Source: Salinivirgaceae bacterium (GTDB lineage Bacteria; Bacteroidota; Bacteroidia; Bacteroidales; SZUA-534). Taken from it: a DNA stretch of 57,434 bases. The first letter of the stretch is position 1, and the number at the start of each line of letters is the position of its first letter. The notes under the pieces were generated by a model. It was not told the DNA's origin. It searched no databases and saw only the letters and a program-made list of their open reading frames with translations. Both the position numbers and the translations under genes were made by a program. The stretch lies in contig JAKSOL010000019.1 in the NCBI GenBank assembly GCA_024405635.1, positions 1 through 57,434 on the forward strand. Direction: 5' to 3'. Positions 37,477 to 47,800 of the stretch are shown here, in pieces.

Positions 37477-39386
37477 AAAATTATATATTTAAGTTTAACA
37501 TAAAACGCTCGTCCAGGCATTGGATAGTTTTTAACTATCTCATAATTGACATTCGCCACATTTTGAACTTCAGCCATTACTGTCATTTTTTTTTGTTTCA
37601 CTCCAAATGTGATAGTTTGATCGGAATAAGGCTCTATTCGATTTGTAGCTATATTTTGATTCATACAATACCTAACTCCCTGGTAGTTAATTGCATAAGT
37701 CAACATAAAACTTCTATAATCAACCCCAACTAACGCTGAAACTTGTTTACGCGGCATATATGCAATTTGATGATTGTATGTGGCTGATTTTTTGCTTGTT
37801 ACATCAACGCAGAGTTGATATGTGTAACTACCGCCAATTTTTATACTCAAATCAGATGAAGGCAACCAAGCCAAGTTTGCCGAAAAATCAACGGCCTTTA
37901 TATCGGTTTTTCCAACATTCATCATTGCCCACTGAAATACATTTCCAGTTGGCATTGCCACAATTTTATTAGATACTAGATTATAATATGCCTCAACTTT
38001 TGAATCTATCAGCCACTTGCGCCAATCTTTGTCAAAGGCCACACTTATTGAATACTGTTCTGCCGTTTCAGGCTTCAAATTTCTATTCCCTACTCCGTTG
38101 TAATACAAATCGTTAAATGTTGGCAATCGGAATATCTTTTTTGCAAACGCACTTATTGTAACCGACTTTAACGGCATAAATTCCAACATTAAAGTTGGGT
38201 TAACCGATGAATGATTACTTACATTACTTTCGTTTTGCGACAAATTTTGTTGAGCTAACAACGTTCCAAAAACCACAACATATCGGCTTGAATATTTTGC
38301 CATTAACGCCCCCATTAACGACACTCGTAGCGGCTTACCGTCAACTCGGTTCGAATTTAAAGTTCCAATAGTACAATCGCCTGAAGCAGAAACTATTACG
38401 CCTTTATTAACATTGCGCATAACTGTTGCCCCCGCAAAAAACTCATGTTGCAAATAATTAAATTCTTTTACATTACTCAAAAGTTGAGGATTGTTGTAAT
38501 TCTGACCTGCCACAGTATATTTTGCTCTCAAACAAGCTGTAGTCTCATCAAAATTTAGAGTTGACTGAATTTGTCCAAATAGTTGAGCATCACGCAATTT
38601 CTCCTGCGAATTCAAATTATAGAAAATGGTAGCTTTGGGTAATCCACAATCGGACAAATAACCAAACACTTTTGCCTTTAAATGTGCCTTACCTTGTCCA
38701 ACAACCGACCATTCTGCCCTTAATTGATTAACGTTTCCATTTTGCCTACGCAAACGCTTAGTGCTATCGCCATTGTTCAAAGTGTATTCATAATCGCCAT
38801 CAGAATGATAATACGATAACGCAAACGAGTTTGATGAATGTTTGTTTATTGGAGAAGATAGCAACAATGCTGGCATAAATGTACCAAAAGCCCCCACTCG
38901 CATTTCTGCATCACATTCTGGCTTTTTCAAAACCGAATCGGTTGTATTTAACTGAACCACAAAGCCAGCCGACAACATTCGAGCCGACTGCAACATACTA
39001 CAACTCTGGGCATTAACAACACAGATTGACGATGTTGTTTGCGGCATTAAAACGCCAAGATTCACGGTTCCTGTCTGCATGTTTCCCGCTGGTACACCAT
39101 CTACAGCTACGGCGGCATGTTGTGCACCTAGTCCACGAACTGCAATACTTTTAATTCCGCCAAGTCCACCATAATCTTTAACCTGAACACTTGGCAGCAA
39201 CTTAAGAGCATCCGTAACCGATTGTGCACCTATTTGATTTAGATTTTCGGCTGTAACTAAAGTTGAATTAACCGCTACACGTTGGCTCACAACTTTCACT
39301 TCCTGCACATTACGCACAGAATCTGTTTGAGCTAACACTTTAATTGTCAGCAGAATAAAACCTATTATTACAGCAATACGTTGCAC
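37473..39386 (-). CDS. btuB: BtuB-like TonB-dependent cobalamin receptor
   Basis: Plug VKDYGGLGGIKSIAVRG, FRLPTFNDLYY, LKPE and YPMPGR; GTG start; preceded by a cobalamin riboswitch. Confidence 0.85.
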   Translation of the reverse strand: MQRIAVIIGFILLTIKVLAQTDSVRNVQEVKVVSQRVAVNSTLVTAENLNQIGAQSVTDALKLLPSVQVKDYGGLGGIKSIAVRGLGAQHAAVAVDGVPAGNMQTGTVNLGVLMPQTTSSICVVNAQSCSMLQSARMLSAGFVVQLNTTDSVLKKPECDAEMRVGAFGTFMPALLLSSPINKHSSNSFALSYYHSDGDYEYTLNNGDSTKRLRRQNGNVNQLRAEWSVVGQGKAHLKAKVFGYLSDCGLPKATIFYNLNSQEKLRDAQLFGQIQSTLNFDETTACLRAKYTVAGQNYNNPQLLSNVKEFNYLQHEFFAGATVMRNVNKGVIVSASGDCTIGTLNSNRVDGKPLRVSLMGALMAKYSSRYVVVFGTLLAQQNLSQNESNVSNHSSVNPTLMLEFMPLKSVTISAFAKKIFRLPTFNDLYYNGVGNRNLKPETAEQYSISVAFDKDWRKWLIDSKVEAYYNLVSNKIVAMPTGNVFQWAMMNVGKTDIKAVDFSANLAWLPSSDLSIKIGGSYTYQLCVDVTSKKSATYNHQIAYMPRKQVSALVGVDYRSFMLTYAINYQGVRYCMNQNIATNRIEPYSDQTITFGVKQKKMTVMAEVQNVANVNYEIVKNYPMPGRAFYVKLKYIIL

Positions 39387-39524
39387 TTTTTTTCAAATAA
39401 AAGCATAACAAGTTCAGCAACGTACGCAGCACGCACACCAATAAGCAACCTTATTGCAATGCAACAAAGCGCTTCATAAAAGGTACAAACCTAACCCACG
39501 AGGCTGAACTTTTGGTTAAAAAAA

Positions 39525-39700
39525 TCGCTGGCAGGTCTTCTGACTCTTTTCTCCATTTAGCGCCTTCTCATTCATAACAGAACAATGGCATTGTGCTAAA
39601 TAGTTGCAAGCAATGCTTGCTGAAAATCACAGCAGCGGGACTGTCCGAGATTCGCACTCGATTCCCTTTTAATCTGCCCCATAGGGCAAAACCAACGGTC
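39525..39700 (-). ncRNA. Cobalamin riboswitch
   Basis: Reverse complement contains GGTT...AAAAGGGAATCGAGTGCGAATCTCGGACAGTCCCGCTGCTGTGA...GCCATTG...GAGAAGGC...GAGTCAGAAGACCTGCC (B12 box); TACCTTTG -7 box at 39703-39710. Confidence 0.93.
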
Positions 39701-39740
39701 GGCAAAGGTAAAAGAGTTTGCAATGCAAAAAAAGCAAAGC

Positions 39741-39775
39741 AAAAAAAACGCCCCGAACAAATGTCCGAGGCGTTT
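39741..39775 (-). terminator. Terminator after rplI
   Basis: AAACGCC...GGCGTTT stem with an 8-nt U-run on the - strand. Confidence 0.75.
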
Positions 39776-39795
39776 ATAATATTTGTTTATGCTAA

Positions 39796-40242
39796 TTATT
39801 CAGCAACAACTTCAAATTCAAGGTCAAACTCAACTTCTTTGTGCAATTTGATTTTTGCATTGAATTTGCCAAGTTCTTTAATTGCATCACCTTTAACCAA
39901 AATGTTTTTATGGTTAATATCGAAGCCTTGTTTTTGAAGAGCCTCAGCAACTTGAATGTTGTTAACAGAACCAAAGATTTTGCCAGTAGAGCTAACTTTA
40001 GTTGCAATAACAACTGAAACATTTGCCATTGAATCGCGAAGAGCAATAGCATCGTTTTTAATTTTCTCAAGTTTGTGAGCACGTTGTTTCAAATCCTCAG
40101 CAAGCATTTTCTTTGCAGCAGGAGTTGCTACAACTGCCATTTTTTGAGGAATAAGGTAGTTACGTCCGTAACCATCTTTTACAGTAACAATGTCGTTTTT
40201 ATAACCCAAGCTTGGGATATCTTGTTTCAATATAATTTCCAT
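39796..40242 (-). CDS. rplI: 50S ribosomal protein L9
   Basis: VKDGYGRNYLIP and GKIFGSV. Confidence 0.98.
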   Translation of the reverse strand: MEIILKQDIPSLGYKNDIVTVKDGYGRNYLIPQKMAVVATPAAKKMLAEDLKQRAHKLEKIKNDAIALRDSMANVSVVIATKVSSTGKIFGSVNNIQVAEALQKQGFDINHKNILVKGDAIKELGKFNAKIKLHKEVEFDLEFEVVAE

Positions 40243-40257
40243 AACTATCGCCTCCTA

Positions 40258-40527
40258 TTACTTTAACAAATCGGTTACATATGGTAGCAAAGCCAAGTGG
40301 CGTGCTCTTTTAATTGCGGTAGCAACCTTGCGTTGATATTTCAACGAAGTACCAGTAATGCGACGTGGAAGAATTTTACCTTGCTCGTTCAAGAACTTTT
40401 TCAAGAACTCTGGATCTTTGTAGTCGATGTAACGAATTTTGTTCTTTTTGAAACGGCAGTATTTTTTCTTTTTAACCTCTACTGTAGGTGGGGTCAAATA
40501 TCTGATTTCTGATTGACTTTGTGACAT
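40258..40527 (-). CDS. rpsR: 30S ribosomal protein S18
   Basis: IDYKD...[10 protein letters not shown]...[13 protein letters not shown]. Confidence 0.98.
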   Translation of the reverse strand: MSQSQSEIRYLTPPTVEVKKKKYCRFKKNKIRYIDYKDPEFLKKFLNEQGKILPRRITGTSLKYQRKVATAIKRARHLALLPYVTDLLK

Positions 40528-40529
40528 AA

Positions 40530-40877
40530 TTAAGCCTCCTTAGATTCTGATTTTAAATTTCTTCTTTTCTCAGCGTACTCTGTAGCGAATTTGTCCAATT
40601 TAACAGTCAAGAAACGCATAATACGCTCGTCACGACGGAATTCAGTTTCAAGTTTAGCAACAACGTTGCCTTCTGCGCTGAATTGAACCATGTAATAAAA
40701 ACCTGTGGTTTTCTTTTGGATAGGATAGGCTAATTTTCTGAGGCCCCAATCCTCTTCGTGCACCATTTCGCCACCTGCGGCTGAAATAACGCCTTTAAAC
40801 TTTTCGGCCGCTTCCTTCATCTGTGCTTCAGACAAAACGGGATTTGCAATGAAAACGGTCTCGTAATTGTTAGACAT
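40530..40877 (-). CDS. rpsF: 30S ribosomal protein S6
   Basis: [17 protein letters not shown] and DERIMRFL; TACTTTTG box at 40914-40921. Confidence 0.98.
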   Translation of the reverse strand: MSNNYETVFIANPVLSEAQMKEAAEKFKGVISAAGGEMVHEEDWGLRKLAYPIQKKTTGFYYMVQFSAEGNVVAKLETEFRRDERIMRFLTVKLDKFATEYAEKRRNLKSESKEA

Positions 40878-41142
40878 AATAATTGTATTTAATTGTTAAA
40901 AATTTTTGACGCGCAAAAGTAGTATTTATTTTAATCGAAACAACCCCACCCTCAATTGTTTTGCAAATTTGTGTTTAATAATCCAGTATCCGCATTACTT
41001 AACTCCATTTATATCCTAAAAATACTCGCAAAAACACATATATGTTATAATGCATAACACCTATATATAATAGGTGTCTCGTTATGAAAAACGAAATGCA
41101 AATAACAAAATTCAAAAAAGTTCTATTTTTGCGCCCTCACAA

Positions 41143-41215
41143 CGGAGTGTGGCGCAGTTGGTAGCGCGCTACGTTCGGGACGTAGAGGCCGCCGGTTCGA
41201 GTCTGGTCACTCCGA
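41143..41215 (+). tRNA. tRNA-Pro (anticodon CGG)
   Basis: CGGAGTG TGGCGCAGTTGGTAGCGCG CTACG TT-CGG-GA CGTAG AGGCC GCCGG TTCGAGT CTGGT CACTCCG A; TATTTTTG box at 41124-41131. Confidence 0.97.
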
Positions 41216-41216
41216 C

Positions 41217-41242
41217 AAAAGCTAACCATTGGGTTAGCTTTT
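41217..41242 (+). terminator. Terminator after tRNA-Pro
   Basis: AAAAGCTAACC-ATTG-GGTTAGCTTTT perfect stem. Confidence 0.85.
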
Positions 41243-41574
41243 GTTGTTTTTGCACTTAAGTGCCAACTCTACTAAAACTGAAAACTTTTTACAGCAAAAA
41301 AGTTTTTTTACAACTATTTACGCAAACGTTTTCGTGTTTTTTTACACTCTTTTGAATCAATTTTCAAATAACACATCTCCATTTACAACGCTTTGATTTT
41401 TTGTGTTTTACATAAATACTCACACAACACCAAACTCATAAACAAGCAAGCAATACATCAGCTAAAACATTCATTATCAACAAAATAACGCTTACCGTCA
41501 ACACTTTCAATCATTATTTATTTTTCGTCGATAAAAATGGGCAGTTTATAGTCAAACGTTAATTTGAGTCGTTT

Positions 41575-41610
41575 GAAAACTTTTTTGCACTAAATAGTTT
41601 TCTAATTTTG
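41575..41610 (+). promoter_or_regulatory. Candidate TetR operator GAAAACT-N14-AGTTTTC abutting the -7 box TAATTTTG
   Basis: Inverted repeat at 41575-41581/41596-41602, promoter box at 41603-41610, and a second similar site at 41280-41307. Confidence 0.55.
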
Positions 41611-41629
41611 CAAGCACTAAAAAAATAAG

Positions 41630-42238
41630 ATGGAAACAAGAGGTAAAATACTTGAAGGTGCTGGTGAACTTTTCTTTCGTAATGGCTGCAAGGCAGTAAC
41701 GATGGATTTGCTAGCTCAACATCTTGGCATATCTAAACGAACCATCTATCAAAACTTTACTGACAAAGAGGAACTTATTAGAGTTTTTCTTGAAGATAAA
41801 ATGCTTTTGCACGACGCAAAATTCCACTCAATGATTGATGATTGCAGCAACATTTACGAAGCTTTTATCAAACACAACCAACACCAACGCGAGTTTGTTG
41901 AAAAAATTTCGCCAAGTTTTTTTAGCGACTTGCGCAAATATTATGGCAACATTCTGCACGATGTATTCAACAATCGCAGAAAAGTTAACTTATCAAACAT
42001 TGGTTTTGTGCTAAAGAAAGGCATTGAAAGTGGCATTTTCAAGAACAACATAAACACAAATATTTGTAGCGAAATGGTAATGCAAATGGTTGATTTAACT
42101 ATAAAATTATCAAAAGAAGGACAATATAATGATGCTGAAATATACAACAACTTAATGATTCCATATCTAATGGGCATTAGTACCGAAAAAGGCATAATAA
42201 TGCTTACTAGTATTATACATCGACACACAAAATTTTAA
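41630..42238 (+). CDS. TetR/AcrR family transcriptional regulator
   Basis: N-terminal HTH ILEGAGELF...TMDLLAQHLGISKRTIYQNFTDKEEL. Confidence 0.93.
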   Translation: METRGKILEGAGELFFRNGCKAVTMDLLAQHLGISKRTIYQNFTDKEELIRVFLEDKMLLHDAKFHSMIDDCSNIYEAFIKHNQHQREFVEKISPSFFSDLRKYYGNILHDVFNNRRKVNLSNIGFVLKKGIESGIFKNNINTNICSEMVMQMVDLTIKLSKEGQYNDAEIYNNLMIPYLMGISTEKGIIMLTSIIHRHTKF

Positions 42239-42251
42239 CATAAATAGTACA

Positions 42252-43757
42252 ATGAAAGGTAAAATGAACAAAAAACTAATGATTACATCGTTAGTATCGC
42301 TATGCGCCTTAGGCGCTTTGGCGCAGAGTCCTACAACAAGCGGCTCAGTTGCTACCGATAGTGCAAATGCAACGATAGCAATAGATTCTTCGTTGTTTAA
42401 GCACAATGGCGAACACTTGACTTTGAGTTTAGAAGAAGCACAAAAGTACGCAATTGAGCACAACAGATCGTTGCAGAATGCAGACATGGACATTAAAAAA
42501 GCTGAATATGCACGATGGGAAGCCTTATCATCTATGCTCCCTCAAATAACCGCAGAACTTGGATACTCCAACTATTGTGGCTACAAAATGAATTTTTCAA
42601 CGGGCGGAAGCGATGATGATTCAAAAGACGAACAAAATCCTACCACTCCTCCTGAAGGGGTTGATCTTATAACTGCAGGCTACATTATGCAACAATTACA
42701 AAATATGATGGGAAGCAGTAGTAGCGGCATTGCAATGCCAACTACAGGAACTCTTAACATTACCGCATCAATTGCCATAAGCGGAGCCCAAATTATTGCG
42801 CTACAAATCAGCAAGTTGTCGCAAAAAATGATGGATATTACTTATAAAAACAGCGAGCAAGAAACAAAAAATCAAGTTAAAACTCTTTACTACTCTGCCT
42901 TGGTAATGGAAGAAACCATAGGCTTGCTTGAGAAAAACTTTGACAACCTAAAATCGTTGCTTGAATCAACTGAAAAAGCTGTTGAAGTTGGCGTTGTTGA
43001 ACAAACCGATGCCGATAAACTTCGCATTCAGGTTATTACTATGCAAACTGGTATAAACTCAACCAAGCGCTCGCTTGAAATGGTTTACAACTCTTTGCGA
43101 TTGTTGCTTGGTACCAATGTTGATGCAGATATTGAATTGTCGCAGAAAATTGACCAACTAGTTAACATTAACGAAATTGTTGAATTGTTGAACAAAGATT
43201 TTTCAGTTGACGACAACTATCAATTTCAATTATTAGAAGCATCGTCTGACTTAAGCAAGAAACAAGTTGACATTGCATTTTGGAATCACTTTCCAACACT
43301 ATCGGCCTACTACCAACACTCTGAAAGAACTTATTTTGGACAAAAAGAAGGTTTCAATATGACCCCACCAAACCTTATTGGTGCATCGTTGCGTATTCCA
43401 ATTTTTTCAAGTGGCAACCGATATAGCGCATACAAAGAGGCTAAAATATCGTATGCCGAAAGCATGAATAATGTTGAGCAAACACGCGATGCCCTGTTGG
43501 TGCAACACAACCAACTGCGCTACAACTTAGCATCGGCTTACGACACTTATATTACTCAACAACAAAACGTTGACGTAACTCAACAAGTTTTCGACAAACT
43601 ATCGCAAAAGTTTGAACACGGAATGGTTTCAAGTCTTGAACTAACAAACTCAAGCACAAACCTCATTTCGGCACAAAGTAGCTACGTACAAGCACTTATG
43701 GAACTTATATCGGCACAAGTGGCACTTGAAAACCTTTTGGTAAACAGTAATAAATAA
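42252..43757 (+). CDS. TolC-family outer membrane efflux protein
   Basis: Signal peptide; LSLEEAQKYAIEHN, LRIPIFSSG and FEHGMVSSLEL OEP repeats. Confidence 0.92.
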   Translation: MKGKMNKKLMITSLVSLCALGALAQSPTTSGSVATDSANATIAIDSSLFKHNGEHLTLSLEEAQKYAIEHNRSLQNADMDIKKAEYARWEALSSMLPQITAELGYSNYCGYKMNFSTGGSDDDSKDEQNPTTPPEGVDLITAGYIMQQLQNMMGSSSSGIAMPTTGTLNITASIAISGAQIIALQISKLSQKMMDITYKNSEQETKNQVKTLYYSALVMEETIGLLEKNFDNLKSLLESTEKAVEVGVVEQTDADKLRIQVITMQTGINSTKRSLEMVYNSLRLLLGTNVDADIELSQKIDQLVNINEIVELLNKDFSVDDNYQFQLLEASSDLSKKQVDIAFWNHFPTLSAYYQHSERTYFGQKEGFNMTPPNLIGASLRIPIFSSGNRYSAYKEAKISYAESMNNVEQTRDALLVQHNQLRYNLASAYDTYITQQQNVDVTQQVFDKLSQKFEHGMVSSLELTNSSTNLISAQSSYVQALMELISAQVALENLLVNSNK

Positions 43758-43781
43758 GAATCAACATAAATAATTATAAAC

Positions 43782-44801
43782 ATGAAGTATTTAAATGGAT
43801 TAATTGCTTGCAGCCTTGTAATGGCGCTGGCAAGTTGCGATTCAAAGAAAAAAGCAACAACAGACACCACAGAAAACCGCGCTGAACGTGTTCAGACTGA
43901 AACAATGACAAAAAGCCCAATTGAGCGCTCAATTGAAATATCGAGCACCTTGCAAGGCTATGAAACTATGAACATTGCGCCATCGTTAACTGGTATTATA
44001 CAAGACATTACGGTTGAGGTTGGCACCAAAGTTCACAAAGGTCAGCTATTGGTTCGTATGGACGAAAACCAATACAACAACACCAAACTTACTATGGCTA
44101 ATCTTGAAACCGAGATGTCGCGAATGGAAGCTTTGCGCGAAAGTGGCAATGTTTCGCAACAAACATACGACCAAACAAAATTAGGTTACGACCAAACAAA
44201 ACAATCGTTAGCATTTCTTGAAAAAAACACCTACGTAAAAGCACAATTTGACGGTGTTATTTCAGCAAAGAATTTTGAAGACGGTGAACTTTACGGAGGC
44301 AATCCTGCCATTTTGGTTCTTACCAAAATAAATGTATTGAAAGCCTATATCAACATTCCTGAAAGTTATTTTCCTCGTGTTAAAGAAGGCATGAAACTTA
44401 ATATAGCCTCAGACATTTATCCTGGAAAACAATTCCCAGCAACAATTGAAATTGTTCACCCTACCATTGATGCATCAACTCACACTTTCCAAGTTAAAGT
44501 AAAGATTAACAACAGCACCAACGAGTTACGCCCAGGTATGTACGTTCATGCAACCCTACCTCTTGCCGACGACAAAGCTATTATGGTACCTTACCAAGCA
44601 GTGCTTAAACTAATCGGATCAAACGAGCGCTACATTTTTGTAAACAAAGACGGAGTTGCTAAACGTGTAACAGTAAAAACTGGTACTCGCAACGAAGACA
44701 AAGTTGAAATCATAAGCGACGAAATTGCAGAAGGCGACGAAATTGTGGTTGTTGGACAAGGCCGTTTGGTTGAAGGTTCAAAACTTGAAATTGTAAAGTA
44801 A
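43782..44801 (+). CDS. RND efflux periplasmic adaptor (MFP) lipoprotein
   Basis: Lipobox LASC; lipoyl halves VGTKVHKGQLL and AQFDGVI; LRPGMY. Confidence 0.93.
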   Translation: MKYLNGLIACSLVMALASCDSKKKATTDTTENRAERVQTETMTKSPIERSIEISSTLQGYETMNIAPSLTGIIQDITVEVGTKVHKGQLLVRMDENQYNNTKLTMANLETEMSRMEALRESGNVSQQTYDQTKLGYDQTKQSLAFLEKNTYVKAQFDGVISAKNFEDGELYGGNPAILVLTKINVLKAYINIPESYFPRVKEGMKLNIASDIYPGKQFPATIEIVHPTIDASTHTFQVKVKINNSTNELRPGMYVHATLPLADDKAIMVPYQAVLKLIGSNERYIFVNKDGVAKRVTVKTGTRNEDKVEIISDEIAEGDEIVVVGQGRLVEGSKLEIVK

Positions 44802-44831
44802 CAATCCACTCAATCTTAAATTGATAAAGAA

Positions 44832-47800
44832 ATGAGTATATACAGAACAGCGATTGAAAAGCCTATCACTACCGCGCTAATATTTGTGGCAGTGATAATT
44901 ATGGGCGTGTTCTCGTTTCATAAACTGCCAATTGACCAGTTTCCTGAAATTGAGCCACCCTACGTTATGGTAATGACATCGTATCCAGGTGCCAATGCCA
45001 GCGAAATTGAGACTAATGTTACCCGTTTGATGGAAAACAACCTTAACTCGGTTGACGGGTTGAAAGAGCTTACCTCAACTTCAAAAGATAACATGTCAGT
45101 TATCGTAATGGAGTTTGAGTGGGGACTTAAACTTGACGATGTTGTGAACGATGTTCGCTCTTATGTCGATATGGTACGCGACTACTTACCTTCAGGATGT
45201 TCGTCACCTTTTATCTTTAAGTTTAGTTCAAGCGCAATGCCTATTATTCAGTTTGCCATTACAGCAAACGAAAGTTATTCAGGTCTTGAAAAAATTTTAA
45301 ACGACGAACTTGTTCCTGTACTTAACTCAGTAAACGGTATTGGTAACATTTCGCTATCAGGAGCACCCGATCGTTACATATATATTGAAATTGACCAAGA
45401 AAAACTTGATGCTTACGGCATTGCATTGGAAACTGTAGGACAAGTGGTTGCGGCCAACAACCTAAACATGTCGTCGGGTAACATAAAAATCAACAAGGAA
45501 CAATACCAACTACAAGTTCGCAGCGAGTACTCTGAAAGTGCCGAGATTAACAACCTTGTAGTTTCTACTACCCCAAGTGGGCAACAAGTGTTTATTCGTG
45601 ACATTGCCACAGTTCGTGACACAATTAAAGACCTTTCGCTTGACGAGAAGATTGACGGTCGCGATGGTGTACGTATGATTATCACCAAACAATCGGGAGC
45701 CAACACCGTTCAAATTTGCCGCGATGTTCGCAAAAAAATGGCTGAATCAATGGCTTGGCTACCTTCTGATGTTAAGATTGACGTTATTTACGACTCATCA
45801 GAGGAGATTGAAAACGCAATCAGCAGTTTGGAAGAGTCAATTTTGTATGCTTTGTTGTTTGTTGTATTGGTGGTGTTGTTCTTCCTTGGACGTTGGCGCG
45901 CCACTATCATCATCGGTCTAACCATTCCTATTGCACTTATTGTTGCGTTTATCTATCTATTGTTTGTCGATAGTTCGTTGAACATCATTTCGCTCTGCTC
46001 GCTAACCATTGCCATTGGTATGGTGGTTGACGATGCTATTGTGGTGCTCGAAAACATTACCAAGCACGTTGACCGCGGCGAAGGTCCTCACGAAGCTTCA
46101 ATTTACGCAACCAACGAGGTTTGGACCTCAGTTATTGCTACCACATTGGTTATTGTGGCCGTGTTTGTACCATTAACCATGTTGAGCGGTATGGCTGGTA
46201 TTTTGTTCAAAGAGTTAGGTTGGATTGTAACCATTTGCGTTGTAACATCAACTATTGTAGCCATTTCGCTAACACCAATGCTTTCATCGGTTCTTATTAA
46301 AGGCCGTCAAATAAAATTGGTTAACGGCAAAATGGTTGAAGAGAAAAAAGAGAACAACAACTGGTGGTCATACGAAAATACAGTTATCCGTTTTCTTGAC
46401 AAACTTGACTCACTATATGCAAAAGCATTACATTGGTGTTTGACTCACAAAGCCACCACAATGACCGCTATTATAGTATTCTTTGTTCTGTCAATGCTAC
46501 CTGCAATTACTGGACAAATTGGTACTGACTTTATGCAAAAAAGCGACAACGCGCGCATGACAGTTACTATTGAGTTGCAACGCGGTACCCGCATTGAGGA
46601 AACGGCAAAATTTGCCCGTCACCTTGAGCAACGCATTTTTACTTTGGTACCTGAAACTCGCATCATTTCAACTTCAGCTGGTTCAAGCGACGAGTCAAAC
46701 GTTGGCGCATTGTTCTCATCAACATCTAACAATAAGATTTCAATGATTATTTCAGCAACAAAAAAATATGAGCGCGAACGTTCAATATTTGAACTTGCTG
46801 AGGTTGTTCGTCAAGAACTAGCAACATACCCTCAAGTAGTTGACTACAAATGTACTACTTCAAGCGGCATGGGCGGTTCTTCATCAACTGTCGATGTTGA
46901 AATATACGGATACGACTTTGACGCTACCAGCCTTTTGGCAGAGCAAATCAAACAATTAATTAAAGATAGCGTACCATCAGCACGCGATATCGACATTAGT
47001 CGCGAAGAAGACCGTTCTGAGTTAAAAGTTGTTGTTGACAAAGAAAAAGCTGCTCGTCACGGACTAACATCGGCAACCATTGCCACATACCTATACAATC
47101 GTGTAAACGGCATGTCAGCTGGATACTTAAAAGAAGATGGTGACGAGTACGACATTAAAGTTCGTTTACTTGAAAAGAACCGCAATTCTATTGACGATAT
47201 TGAAAATTTGACAATTCCAACCGCAACAGGAAAACTAATAAAGTTGCGCGAAGTTGGTAGAATTGAAGAGTATTTCTGCCCACCAGAAATTGCTCGCCAA
47301 GACCGCCAACGTGTGGTTAAGGTAACATCGCTCCCCTACGAAACCTCATTGGGCGAGTTAGCTACCGAGATTCAGAACCAAGTAAGCAAAATAAAACTCC
47401 CTCAGGGCATTACCGTTAAATTTGGTGGCGACTACGAAGAACAACAAGAAACCTTTGCCGACATGGGACTTTTGCTAGCACTTATTGTAATGTTGGTTTA
47501 TGTGGTAATGGCGTCGCAATTTGAATCGCTCAGCAAACCTTTCATCATTATGATGTCGTTCCCATTTGCCGTTAGCGGTGTAGTTATTGCATTATGGATT
47601 ACCAACACAACACTCGATATGATTGGTGCACTTGGTATTGTGATGCTAGTAGGTATTGTGGTTAAAAACGGTATTGTGCTAATTGACTACATTAACTTGA
47701 TGCGCGACCGTGGCTACGAACTAAACAAAGCCATTGAGCTATCAGGTGCATCTCGTTTGCGCCCAGTGCTTATGACCGCAGCAACCACCATTCTTGGTAT

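Noticed and set aside
39593-39937. 114-aa + strand ORF
   Set aside because: Overlaps the cobalamin riboswitch, a terminator and rplI on the opposite strand.
41057-41077. ACACCTAT-ATATA-ATAGGTGT palindrome between the rpsF and tRNA-Pro promoters
   Set aside because: Single copy with no U-tail and no assignable regulator; too little evidence.
41074-41259. 61-aa + strand ORF
   Set aside because: Reads through tRNA-Pro and its terminator.
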